DNA of 63,936 bases, filler included, from Ministeria vibrans ATCC 50519 (Eukaryota; Protista; Filasterea), in the NCBI GenBank assembly GCA_943704425.1. It is 12 parts of 12 records of this genome, joined end to end, with 100 filler letters (N's around TTAATTAATTAA, not from the genome) between each part and the next. Parts side by side here need not be neighbours in the genome. Positions count along the whole stretch, not along the records: positions 16,579 to 19,194 come from CALSCP010002712.1; positions 19,295 to 30,210 come from CALSCP010000198.1; positions 30,311 to 41,904 come from CALSCP010002106.1; 9 more parts are not named here. The stretch is one strand, 5' to 3'. A program made the position numbers and the translations under genes. This document shows positions 18,290-30,792 of this stretch, in pieces. Position 1 is the stretch's first letter. Each line of letters opens with the position of its first letter. Below the pieces are notes generated by a model, which was not told the DNA's origin, ran no database searches, and saw nothing but the letters and a program-made list of their open reading frames with translations.

Positions 18290-19072
18290 ATGGCAACTAC
18301 GGTGAGGCCTGGAATGCTTGGCGGGTTGGACCAGCCACTTACCCATCTCTTTAGAATGACTATGCGGCGCTTCGATCGCGCGCCACGGCCTCATTGACGA
18401 CCATAGAGGTAAAACTGCGCATCTTGTGATCTTTTTTCTCTGACTTGGTTTTTTCTCTGTGCGAACTCCAGACGATATCTGACGTTCTACGGCAACGGGC
18501 GGTGGCGGAGTCGAACTACGCACGAGAGCTGGCAGCAGTCGCGGACGCGGGGCGGCAGCGGACGGGCTCTGGCCTTGCAGGGGGAGCACAGCGCAAGTGG
18601 GAGTCGGTCCTGGGGTGTCTGGACGCTGAGGCACTGCGCCACGAGCAGAGCAGCGCCGAGCTGGCTGCGCAGTGTGCAGACCCGCTGCGCCATCTTGTTG
18701 CTGCGGAGTACGTGTGGTGTGTGTCGTGTGGCGTTGGAGTGTGGGCGGTTTTTTGTGTTGACCTTTGGTTGTTATGTGTTGTGTTGTTGTTATGTGTTGT
18801 GTGTGTGTGTAGTCCCAACGAAGTGTCGCATACCGCGGCCGCGAATGCCGCCAAGGAAGTCGCTCGGTGCGAGAATGCAGTGCGGCAGATGCGACTGCGG
18901 TGGAGCAAGTAAGCGGGGTGCATTGCTGCGGTGTGAGTGTGTGTCATTCTTGCTTGGTGTGTTGCACAGGTCGCATCAGGCGTGGGATGAGTCGTTGCAA
19001 GAGATCAAGCGGCTCAATGGCATATTGTGGCCTCAGAACCCAGCCAATCCTGAGGTGCAACGCGAAGACCAG
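18290..19072 (+). CDS. F-BAR (FCH) domain protein, 5' part
   Basis: ISDVLRQRAVAESNYARELAAVA...AQRKWESVLGCLDAEALRHEQSSAELAAQCADPLRHL fits the FCH RxxxExxYxxxL pattern and the following helices. Confidence 0.7.
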
Positions 19073-19085
19073 GTGGGTGAAGCAT

Positions 19086-19194
<109 letters not shown>

Positions 19195-19294
19195 NNNNNN
19201 NNNNNNNNNNNNNNNNNNNNNNNNNNNNNNNNNNNNNNTTAATTAATTAANNNNNNNNNNNNNNNNNNNNNNNNNNNNNNNNNNNNNNNNNNNN

Positions 19295-19353
<59 letters not shown>

Positions 19354-19437
19354 AGTGATAGAGAGAGAGTTAAAGAGAGCAAAGCAAGTGAGCTGGGTCA
19401 TCCATGTGTGTGTGTGTGTGCATGTGTGGAAGACATG

Positions 19438-19762
19438 GTCGTACGGAGAGCAGGAAGAGAGGCCAGTGGCGCTGGCATAGTGACCGACAGCACACGCAAG
19501 ACAAGTCGTCTGAGCCATTTGCGATTGGTACTTTCCTGATCCACACTCACGGCATCCCAGCGTGTCGTGCGCACCAGAGTATGTTCCGATTTGACATTGG
19601 GAGCAAACACTGCAACAAACAAAAAGAAGGAAAAGAAAACGAATCAGTCTCCTTTAGATTAATCGCGAATCAAACCTTGAATCAAACTTTCTCATTTTTC
19701 TTAATTAGCTTACTTTCCAACAGAGTGTTCACCACCAGCACACATCTCACAACGACTACAAA

Positions 19763-19804
<42 letters not shown>

Positions 19805-22559
19805 GTTGGAATCATTTAGGGCATCATTGTTAAAATAATAAGGTTGTTTGTTTTTTGGGCTTACTCAATTGAGTCCAAAGATTTCAAGAGGATTTCATTG
19901 CGAGACTGACCACAGGACTCGCAGACAACATTGACACCCAGACGGAATAGACCGGAGGCACACGAAGTGCAGACAGAACTAAGCGTGTAAAAAAAGTAAC
20001 GAGCAAAGAGACACGGATTAGTAAGTGTGGATGTTGTTGGCGCGTTTGTTTTTACCCGCCAACGGGATTCGCTGTGTTGTCACTGCAAGGGAGGCAGACA
20101 GAAAAGTTGGCGGAGGGGACGAAGTTGACGGGACAGGCAGTGCAGTTGTCGAGGGAGATGGAACCAGCGGGGGAGATCATGTGGTTGGGGCAGACAGTGC
20201 ACGCGAAGACGATGGAGGCGCCGGTGGAGTATGTGCCGGAGGCGCATGTGGAGCAGGTTGCTTGGGGACTGCCTGGAACAGCGTGCTGGGAAGAAGAGAA
20301 AAATAAATAATAGGGAGAGAAACAGAGTGTGTGTGTGATTTAGAGGGTGAAAGAAAAACACTTCGTTAGACCTTACTGAGCCGGGAGGGCAGCGCTCGCA
20401 ATGGATTGGGTTGGGGTACTCGACAGTGCGCGTTCCATTCGTACATGATTCGCAGATGGATGAACCCGTTACTTCGGCGTACTGCACCAGCGGAAAAACA
20501 ATAATAAATAGTTAATTATTAATAATTAATTAATAATAATATTAATTAGTCGATTGTCGTACGGTGCCAACGGGACAGCTGGCGCAGTACGAAGAACCGA
20601 CGTCGGAAAACTACAAGGTGGGTCAGACACACGTCATCACCAAAAAGATTACCGGGCAACAAATACGAAACAACAATATCAGAAGGACGGTCAAACAAGA
20701 TATTTTCTCGTCTCATACCCTTCCAAGAGGACATAGAAGGCACGATGCAGCAGAAACGGCATTGGTCATGTTGTGATAGCGACCTGCAGCGCAGTTCTGA
20801 CAGACGCTTTGACCGTCTCCCATCGAGTACTAGTGCGAAGGAGGGTGAGCATTGAGTACGTCTCTTGTGATGATTAGGGTACCGTGCCGGGCAGGCAGCT
20901 TTCGCAGACGGAGGAGCCAGGGAGGGCAGCAATGCTACCGGCAGTACAGTTGGTGCAGATACCGTTGACAGGCGCGACTGTGTCGTTGTACTGAGGAGAA
21001 AAAAGAGTCGTCAGCGTCTCGATCAATGTTTTCGTTTGGTCGTCCTACCCGTCCCACAGGGCAGTCTGTGCAGCTGTTGGCGCCGGTTGATGGAGTGTAC
21101 TGCATAGCGAGAAGACACATGTGAGTCATGAACATGTTCTTATTATTATTAGTATTATTATTGTGTGTGTGTGTGTGAGTGTGACGTGCTCTCATACTTT
21201 GCCGGCGACGCAGTCCTTGCACGTCGTTGCTTTGCTGGCGGACGCGAACTAAAACAAAGAGATAACGCAGCTCAGAGACAAGCTCATGCCACAGTACAGG
21301 GGCAATCCACTACGACATACCCGACCGCTGGTGCACTGACTACAGACGGAGGAGCCAGCCTTGGCAGCAAACTGTGCAAAAGAACATGATTAGCACAATA
21401 GTCTAAATGATCACTCAATAAAAATTGAAAAGACTGAAGCGAAGGAGTACCTTTCCCGCCACGCAGTTGGTGCACGTGGTTGACTTTGTCGACTTGGACC
21501 ACTACAAGAAGCGAAAAGGGAAGAAAATTTCGATGAAAAATCGGAGCAAGGCAGAACAATTATAGAGTTGTTATTTACTCGGCCGGCGCCACAATTTGCG
21601 CATTTGTAAGAGCTGAGCCAACTGCGTCGGCGCGTAGCGAATTGGCCTAAGTCATTGATGGGAATGCATTACCATGGTTAGTTTTGGTGTTACTGGAGCA
21701 AAGGGAGGCATCGTATTTACCGCGTTTGCAAGTGAGTCGCGTCTCGCGCTCGAGAAGCGGATTTGCGTACGATGAAGTCCCAAATATTTCGTCATCAGAG
21801 ACTCTTTCACCAGACTATATAGAGCGTCGGAAGCAAGACGGATAGCAAAGACGTGGTAAGAGGAGGTGAAAAGCAGCGTGCTGGGAGTTGTGGCAAGGGC
21901 GATCAAGCACGGGAGAGACGGAAGAAGAACTTTTTATAGTATAATTTGGCAAATTAGTCGCGTGTACAAAAAAACGTCGCAACGCACGTGAGAGAGCTAA
22001 CCAAGGCAGCGCGGTCGTCTGGTGACGATTAATGTTGCCTGAAAAAACATGGACCGCGGCAGCAGATTGGCAATGCTTTGAGGAGGACTGAACGGAAAAG
22101 AAACAGAAACGTCACTTTTTTTTTGTTGCAGCGTCCTTTTAAATGAATCAGCGAAAAATATATAAAAATGAGTATGTTTGGCCAGAGCGACCAGACGCGG
22201 CAGAAATATAGCTAATAACGTAAACCACCCACGGGCAACGTGGGGGGGGGGCAAGGAAATGGAGACGCGTCGTCGTTTGGCGATAGATGTTGGCGAGTAA
22301 AAAAAGAAAAAAACAACAACAAAAGAGCCAGTTGGATATTGTAGGCGGTTGGCGCGAAAGAAAGAGCCACAATAGTGGCCATTGTCGTGTCTTGTGACAG
22401 ATGTAGAGGTGAATTAGTTGGAGGATGGTTATTTTTCCATATTCGTCTAATTGTGTTGTGTCTCACCGAAAGGGCATTTTCGTTGGCGCAGGAGGGCGTT
22501 GGAGCCCAGGAGAGCAGAAGAACAGCCCCGATCAAGACTGTAATGACCTTGAGGACCAT
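19438..22559 (-). CDS. Secreted/surface cysteine-rich protein with ~17-aa CxxCxxG repeats (GCC2/GCC3, ephrin-receptor-like), 3' truncated
   Basis: Signal peptide MVLKVITVLIGAVLLLSWA (its link to the repeat exons is inferred) and a furin-like RETR before the first Cys. Then ~20 repeats such as WSKSTKSTTCTNCVAGK, FAAKAGSSVCSQCTSGR and YTPSTGANSCTDCPVGR in short GT-AG-bounded exons. Confidence 0.8.
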
Positions 22560-23238
22560 TGGTTAAGGAATGGACAGAAAAAAAAAGTAATTCAAAATTT
22601 TCAAATTGTAATTGAGACGGTGGTTGTTGATTGTCGATGTATTTTTAGTGACACACGATAATTTTCTCGATCGCCTCGATCGACACCAAAGTCACCAACA
22701 TTGGCATTAGTGCCTCACCCCTATCTCAGATATCATGTAAAAATTGATGTGGTTAGAGCATTAAGGAAGAAGAATAAGTCGGTGGGAGTGGAGAAAAGGG
22801 GAGAGATCACAGACGTGCGAAGACAGAAATATATTTCGCACCCTCACACCTCCTCGAAAATCAATTTTGTTGTTGCTCGACTATGCAAAGAGCAATACAA
22901 GTCAAGATCCATACCACATGGACGAGAAAGTGGAGGGCGCGAAGTACGATGTGATTGGGCAATGAGCATACTCTTGGACAACAATTAATTCCACTGATGT
23001 CTTGACGGAACATAATTGCGACTACTCACACCCAAAGCACAAATAGTGACTGTTTTTGTCATTGGAGAGATTTGAGTCATTTGATGTCCCTCGATCGGCC
23101 AACTCTCATCTCTCATCTGTAGCGGCCAGTGAGTGGTGAGTGACTGAGAGTGTGTGTGTTCCGTGTGGATATTCGGGAAAGTTTTTCGTCGACCAAAATT
23201 TACTTTCTTTCCGACTTTACCGTTCACCTCTCTACACC

Positions 23239-24389
23239 ATGAAGGAAGATGGTCAGGGGAAACCGCCTGCACCGTACACTGAGCAGCTGCAGCACACGTC
23301 GAGTGGCAAGAAGTGGCTCGTCACAAACGTTCTTTTGGGTACGTTTTTCTTCGTCCTACGCACACTCTGTCCTCTACGCACCTCTCGCCTCGTCTCTCTG
23401 TTGCTCTGGCCCCGACCTCTGGGCTGCGCCATGCTCATTTCACCGTTGCTCTCTACGTTTTTTGCGACTGTCGATAAACAGGATTTGGCTTCTTTCTCGT
23501 CTTTGCCGCCTTCAGTGCCGTGCAGAACCTCGCAAAGTAAGCAAGATGCGTGTCTACGTGATAAATACTGCTGTGAGACATCAATGGGAGGCCCTCGTGA
23601 CTTGTGATGGCGTCGCGAGTGTTTTTTTTGTTTTTTTTCGTCTCATTTTTGTGTGTCTTTTTTACTAGTGTGATCATCACTCAAAATGGCCTTGGTTCGA
23701 CGTCGCTGGCCGTCATCTACTGCGTGCTGACATTCAGTAGTGTAATTGCACCGGCAGTAGTGCGCAAAATTGGGGGCAAGGTTCGTAATGAGAGAGAAAG
23801 AGAGAGAGAGAGAGTGAGACAGAGGAGAGAGAGAGCGACTTTTTTTTCAAACTTGCCCTCTCTCCGACCCTCTCAGATGTCCATTGTGCTTGGACAGGCC
23901 TCGTACTGTCTGTATGTTGCAGCCAACTTGTTTCCTCGCTTCTACACACTGATTCCCACTGCGGTTGTTATGGGTACAACTCGTGACATTTGTGTGTGTG
24001 TGTGTGGATGAGATGGAAATGGTTCTGTAGGATTTGGTGCGTCAATTTTATGGACAGCCCAAGGTGTGTACATTACGTATATTGCACGAGCATATGCAAT
24101 GGATCGCGGTGCCAACGTAGCGGGTGCAATTGGTCTATTCACTGGCATTTTCTGGGGAATGTTTCAGGTTTGTTTTTTCAAAAATGGTTTTGTGCGCCCC
24201 TCTTCTGACATTTCTTGCGTCACAGAGCACTCAAATTGTGGGCAATCTGATCTCATGGCAAGTGCTTGCTCCATATGGCAATGACATTCCCAATCACGTC
24301 ACCTACCTGCTGTACGGTGTCTTCACTGCACTGGCTGTTGGCGGGACATTGGTGTCATTGCTGCTACGCTCCATTCCCAAGGACGGGCG
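23239..24389 (+). CDS. UNC-93-like MFS membrane protein, N-terminal half only
   Basis: FGFFLVFAAFSAVQNL, GLGSTSLAVIYCV, LYVAANLFPRFYTLIPTAVVMGFGASILWTAQGVYIT, FTGIFWGMFQSTQIVGNLIS. Confidence 0.88.
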
Positions 24390-24409
24390 GTACTCTGGTA
24401 TACATTATC

Positions 24410-24514
<105 letters not shown>

Positions 24515-24522
24515 GATAGAAG

Positions 24523-24558
<36 letters not shown>

Positions 24559-24589
24559 GGCGTGTGATATGAGAATGCATGAGCCATAC

Positions 24590-25046
24590 CTCGCGGTGTG
24601 CGCGAATGAGCTCGTCCTGCTTGGCAATGCCCTCTGCGATCTGTGCCTGTCGGTCGGGTCTCCTTCTCTCCGACAAGTGCAGCTTGTCCGCCTTTCCTTC
24701 TCGCATCACCTTCGGCTCTGCAACTGGCACCGGGAAGTCGATCCCATGGACTAGCGCGACTTTCCTGAACGAAACATTGAGAGAAAGAGGAGAGTTGAAG
24801 AAAAAAAAAAAAAAAAAAAAAAAGGATCAGAAAAGGAGAAAAAGAAGAAAAAGCGATAGAGCAACGGATCGTTGGCCGGCGACAAGACACACACACGCAG
24901 ACGTGCCTGATGTGTGCGAGCAGCTTGGGACGGATGACGGCCGGCCGATGGAATCCCGTTTCAACGCGACTGCTGCGCGTTGCTGCGACGAGGCGCGCCA
25001 CGGGGCTCAGTGCTTCCCATGCTTGCCGACTTATCCGGCTCGTCAT
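24590..25046 (-). CDS. Mitoribosomal protein mL59 (yeast MrpL25)-like, last exon missing
   Basis: Splicing out 24906-24765 gives TGFHRPAVIRPKLLAHIRKVALVHGIDFPVP...KLHLSERRRPDRQAQIAEGIAKQDELIRAHRE. This resembles the mL59 pattern (W.PP..S.R..A.LRK.A...G / KGH..ER....R...I...M..M...I). Confidence 0.55.
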
Positions 25047-25339
25047 TCAGACAGATACAAAGACAAAAATCAAATATGTTCTTTGAATTTGAAATGAAAT
25101 TGAACTGTTTACGCAAGGACAAAAAATAAGACAATGAAGGGTAATCATCGCTCAGTGTTTCCTCCAATGGCAATAGATCACGCAGATTCTGTGACACGCG
25201 AAAGATGAAGCGAGAAGGTGTAGACTGAGGACTTGTTGTGGGAAAGTCTCCTGAGCCGTCAAACAAGAATGATCAATCAACAATCATCTTATCACTCGAC
25301 ACTCACTCCACTAACCACTTACGTTTGCGTTTTCTTCCA

Positions 25340-28207
25340 ATGAGCTCCATTGACGTTTGGGACGGCGTGGTTGTGGCAGCCGTTGTGGCTGTCGCCGTCT
25401 ACATGTGGCGTTCGAAACCCAAAAGTTCCAACACATCCACTTCGTCATCGAACCAATCTGCGCAGAACAAGCCGTAAGCAGCGCGTCTCTGTGCGCACCC
25501 CATCCTCCCCTCCCTCACTGGTGTCTCCGTGCGGCCCAACCGAGGCGTCTCTCGGCCCGTGTCGGCCGCACGCCGCTCTTTCACATGTCTGCCGAATCAA
25601 CCCTCATCCCCAACGCCCTCCTCTCCTCCACCCCGCTCACCCGCCTCCCCCGCCTCCACCCCTCACCTTGCAGAGCCACCGTGGTTGACAAGAGCTTCAT
25701 CACCAAGATGAAGACAGGCGTAAGTCGGTCGTTTGACTTCTTCTCGTGTGTGTGCGACTTTTTTTTCTAATGTGTGTGTGTGTGTGTGTGTGTGTGTAGA
25801 ACAAGAATGTGGTCATCTTCTTTGGCTCGCAGACTGGCACAGCCGAGGAGTTTGCCGGTCGTCTTGCCAAGGACGCCAACAAACTCGGCTTTCGCTCGCT
25901 CGTGTGCGACATTGAAGACTACGACATGGTAACATTTCGCCACGACTTGCCAAGTCGTCTCACACAGCGCACTGTTTGTCGTAGGAGCATCTTGAGCGCA
26001 TGAGTGAGGTCCCTGACTCGCTTGCCATCTTTTGCATGGCGACATACGGCGAGGGAGACCCCACAGACAACGCGGAGGAGTTTATGGACTGGGTCAAGGA
26101 CGAGTCGAACGGGGCGGACCTCTCGTCCCTCCAATACGTCGTACGAACCGCCAACCGAGACAGCCAAACGCTGCTGTTTCTCAAATGTCTTTTTTGCTCT
26201 GTCTCTTCTTTTCTCTCTGTTTTTATGTCTTTCTGTCTCTGTCTCTCCTTTGTTGCTTTCTCTTCTCTGGCATCTTATCTTGCAGGTGTTTGGTCTTGGT
26301 AACAAGACGTACGAGAAGTACAATGAGGTGGCGCAGGTGCTCAATACGCGACTCTCAGAAATGGGTGGTCAAGAGCTGTACGAGCTGGGTCTCGGCGACG
26401 ACGACGGCAACCTTGAAGAAGATTTTTCGGCGTGGAAGGACGATATGTGGCCAGCGCTCTGTGCGCACTTTGGACTCAGCTTTACCGAGGACAACAGTGC
26501 GAGCGAACGGCGCTACCGTCTCGTCACACCACCGGCCGATGCCCAGGCTTTTGCCGGCGAATTTAAGACTCCTGGCAGCTTTGACAACCAGCGCGGGTAA
26601 GAGAAATGTTTTTGTGCGCGTGTCACGAGTCTGTCGCTTATTAACTGAATGAATGGACTCTTTTTCGTTGTTTTTTGGTGTTGTGCAGTCCATTTGACCA
26701 GAAGAACCCATTTATGGCGCGCGTCACGGTCAACCGTGAACTGCACTCGACACAGAGCGACCGGTCATGCCGGCACATTGAGCTGGACCTGGGCGACAGC
26801 AGTGTGCGGTATAAGGCTGGCGACCACGTGGCCGTCTTCCCGTCCAACGACGCAGACCTTGTCAACCAGTTTGGTATTGTGACGGGCGCCGACCTTGACC
26901 AAGTTTTCTCGCTCGAGGCTATCGACTGTAATACATATATCAATAATAATATATTGCTGTTCTTCTTTTTTTCTCACGTTTGGGTGTGTAGCGAGTGCCA
27001 GCAAGAAGAGCCCGTTTCCCGTGCCAACCACCTACCGTACGGCTCTCACCCACTACCTCGACATCACGTCTATCCCGCCCGCCTTCCTTCTGCGCGACCT
27101 TGCCGAGTACACCAGCCATGCCGACGACAAGGCCCGTCTCATCCACCTCTCGTCGCGCCTCGGCAAGGCCGACTACAAGAAACACGTCCACGATGACCTA
27201 CGCACTGTCCTTGAGCTCCTCCAGGACATGCCTTCCATCAAAATCCCTATCGATCATCTGTGTGAGCTCCTTCCCCGCCTCCAGTGCCGCTACTACTCCA
27301 TCTCGTCCTCTGCAAAGGTATCCCACTCACTTTTCATCTCGCTTTCCTTACCCCCCTCTTCCGTCCTCAGGTGCACCCCAGAAGCATCCATGTGACGGCG
27401 GTCGTTGTCGACTACAACACACCCACCGGTCGCTTTGCCAAGGGTGTCGCCACAAACTGGCTCAAGGACCTCATTCCCTCTGGCGGTAAGTTGCATTCAT
27501 CTTATGCCATCACATTGACTCCTCTCACACAGATAACTTCCCGCGCGTCCCCATCTACGTGCGCACGTCCAACTTCAAGCTGCCCAAGTCACCCGCTAAG
27601 CCCATTGTCATGGTTGGTCCTGGCACCGGCCTGGCTCCTTTCCGTGGGTTTCTTCAGGAGCGAAGACACCTCAAGGAGAGCGGTACGTTGATATTCCACT
27701 TGTGTATTGTATATTGAGTTTTTTTTTTTTTTGTTCTTGTGTTTGTTTTTGATTCTAGGTGCAACAATGGGAGACACGATTCTGTACTTTGGGTGTCGCA
27801 CACGCGACGTGGACTATCTGTACCGGGACGAGCTGGAGCAGTACGAAGCGGACGGCGTTGTGTCGAGTTTGCACGTCGCGTTCAGTCGCGAGGGCAAGGA
27901 CAAGGTGTACGTGCAGACGCTTATGGCACAGCCGGAGCAGCGCAAGCAGCTGGTCGCTGCCATCGACGGCGGCGCCACCATCTACATTTGCGGGTACACG
28001 TCACGCTCCCCGACTCGTTTTTTTCTTCTCTAATCCTTGTCATTCCTTCCGAATCTCCTCTGCAGCGATGCAAAGAATATGGCGAGCGAAGTGCACAAGG
28101 CCATTGAGTCTGCGATTGAGACGGAGAAGGGAGTATCGGCTAAGGAGGCCAAGGATGCCCTTCAAAAGGTCAAAACGAAGGGACTTCTGCTCCAGGATGT
28201 CTGGTGA
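25340..28207 (+). CDS. POR: NADPH-cytochrome P450 reductase, complete, ~11 introns
   Basis: N-terminal TM anchor, [78 protein letters not shown] and terminal QDVW*. Confidence 0.97.
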
Positions 28208-28328
28208 TGTGCACTGTAGTGTTGTTCAGTGAAATTATGTGCGTGTGTGTGTGCGGTGATTGTGCATCAAAATATTATTATCAATAATTATGGGTTGGTG
28301 AGTTCACTTGTATGTCTGTCTGTCCCTT

Positions 28329-29400
28329 TCAAATATGCATCCATTGGTTCATGGCGTTGACGATGGCCTGGTCGCGGTGCACGCGCGTGTACACAGGACC
28401 TGCGTATCCCTGTGCGTCCGCCACGTAGGCGGGTGTCTGGGGCATGCTACCGCGGCATGTTTGGCCAGCAGGAGCGCGCGCACAGTCGCTTAGGCCGTCG
28501 GGGATGCCATACGGCTGCTGGCCAATGTCAAAGTAGTACGACGACAGAACCACACGGATGGGATAGTCATTGTCGTTGTCCGTGACACCTAACAAACAAA
28601 CCAAAGAGTGAGCAACGCGAGTTGTCTCGATTGTGTATGTACCGTTGGGGTTGGTGAAGAGCTTGACTTCGAATCCACGGTGGCGAGGCACATCGCGGTC
28701 CTTGACTAGGACACTTCCTTGGTCGTGCATGTCGCGCGAGGACGAGCCAGACGTCTGCTGGTCGGCGTCGTCGTTCTGGATCACCTTGCGCAGCATGGAC
28801 AACTTGCCACAATCCTCTCCAGGTGCATTGGGGTAGGCAGAGAACCAGATTTTAAGCTATCGAAAGATTGAGATCAGTCAGTAGTCAGGTAGTAAGAACT
28901 CACCTTGTCAATGTCGGTCTGAGTGAAACCGGCAGTGGCCAGTGCAGTGGAAAGATACTCAGCATAGTTGTAGCCACTGTCGGTGTTGCACAGAAGCATA
29001 TCAGCCTCCCCGCCAAGGAGGACCTGTGGAACAATAATGAGCAATGTGTGGCATGCGACGCCTATACTGAGTACGGACTGAGTACCTCCATCCAGACAAT
29101 GAAGTCGGCGGGAAGAGAACCACCCAGGTTGGTCTTGAGCTTGGAGAAGATGCCAACAAGGTCGTCAGGCTTGATGTGCTTGGCAGCATCGACACGGAAG
29201 CCAGAGAAGCTGGAGGGAGGAGAGAGTGAAGAGAAGAGAGGCGTTATCAGTATTATACGTCTTTGTGACTGCGTGCTGTGTGTGTACCCAATGCCAATCA
29301 GGTCCGTCATATAGTCAGCAATGCGCTGCTGCACATTCTCCTTCTCTGTGTTGAGATCAACAAGACCTGTTACAGAAGGAGAAGGCAGTTGAGATATCAG

Positions 29401-29499
<99 letters not shown>

Positions 29500-30124
29500 G
29501 GAGAAACAAAGTAATAGAGAGAGAGAAACAAAGTGATACAGAGAGAGAAAGGAGGGGGAAAGAAACAAAGGGATAGAGAGAGAGAAACAAAGTGATAGCG
29601 AGACCATACCGGTAAGCCAACCAGCGTTAAGATCGAGCGGATCCTACGCAATATATTATACACAAACGTTGTAAAAGTGTGAGAGGAAGCATGAAGGAAG
29701 TATTTGATCAATGCACTGTGTACAGTCCAGGAGTTGAGAACGCGCTCGCAGTGGAAGTCAGTGGGACCGTACGGAACGGAGGGGAACTCTTGGGACGCAG
29801 GAAGGCCCGTGTTGGGGTTGACCTCGTACTGGAAGCCCTGAGTAAAGTAGGGGGATGGGGCGGCAAAGGCAGAGGTGTTCTTGGCGGGGAAGTAGACGCA
29901 GTTGTTGTCGCGGTGTTCCGGTTGGTTGTCATTACCATTGCCAGTCTAAGTGGCATGGTGAATTAAGAGGAGCAGCAGTGAAGTGTGTGTACCATGTGGT
30001 TGATGACGGCATCGGCGTAGACGCGGACGCCAAGCGAACGGCACGTATGGATGGCACTGCGCAGCGCATCGCGCGAGCCCATGCGACCTTGCAGACGATA
30101 CGACACGGGCTGGTACATGAAGAA
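28329..30124 (-). CDS. GH13 alpha-amylase (5' truncated)
   Basis: MYQPVSY, GVRVYADAVINHM, GLVDLN, GFSGFRVDAAKHI (nucleophile Asp), VWMEV (acid/base Glu), VIQNDDADQQ, and terminal YTRVHRDQAIVNAMNQWMHI*. Confidence 0.9.
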
Positions 30125-30136
30125 CTGCGTAGAAAG

Positions 30137-30210
<74 letters not shown>

Positions 30211-30360
30211 NNNNNNNNNNNNNNNNNNNNNNNNNNNNNNNNNNNNNNNNNNNNTTAATTAATTAANNNNNNNNNNNNNNNNNNNNNNNNNNNNNNNNNN
30301 NNNNNNNNNNTCTCTCTCTCTCTCTCTCCCTCACGCACGCCACACCCTCATCAGCCATAC

Positions 30361-30672
30361 CCGTGTGGGACTGCACACCCCCGAACCGGCGTAGAAGCGA
30401 GTGAATTTAAGGACATGTTCACTTTTGGAAAACTCATCCGTGTGCGGCGTCATTGGACACAGCGTCTTGTTCTGAGGATGCTGGCATTGATACCCCACCT
30501 CGCCCCATCCCTGGTCACTGGAAATAGCAACCAGCGAAAGGATTGCGGTCAAAAATAACATTTTTGTGGTTTGATACTCGTACTCACTCATCAACATGAT
30601 GATATTGGGAGGGCGGTCGCTTCGAGCCACGCCAAGCGTAATAAGCACAGCAACAAGCAAAAAACGGAACAT
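30361..30672 (-). CDS. Secreted sulfatase (arylsulfatase family), 5' part
   Basis: Signal peptide, PPNIIMLMSDDQGWGEVGY (after splicing), TPHTD and FTRFYAGSGVCSPTR (CxPxR formylglycine motif). Confidence 0.9.
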
Positions 30673-30792
30673 ATTATTAATTTAATTTTTTTTTAACTTT
30701 TTTCATTCGAATAAATAAATAACAGGATCAGAATTCAGAAATTAATATTCAATTCGTTCTGACGTTCACACACACACACACATCTTTCTTGA

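Noticed and set aside
25340-28207. Possible alternative genetic code or non-canonical splicing
   Set aside because: The genes I spliced by hand in full or part (POR, HBDH, HADH, myosin, Nck) read through with the standard code and GT-AG introns.
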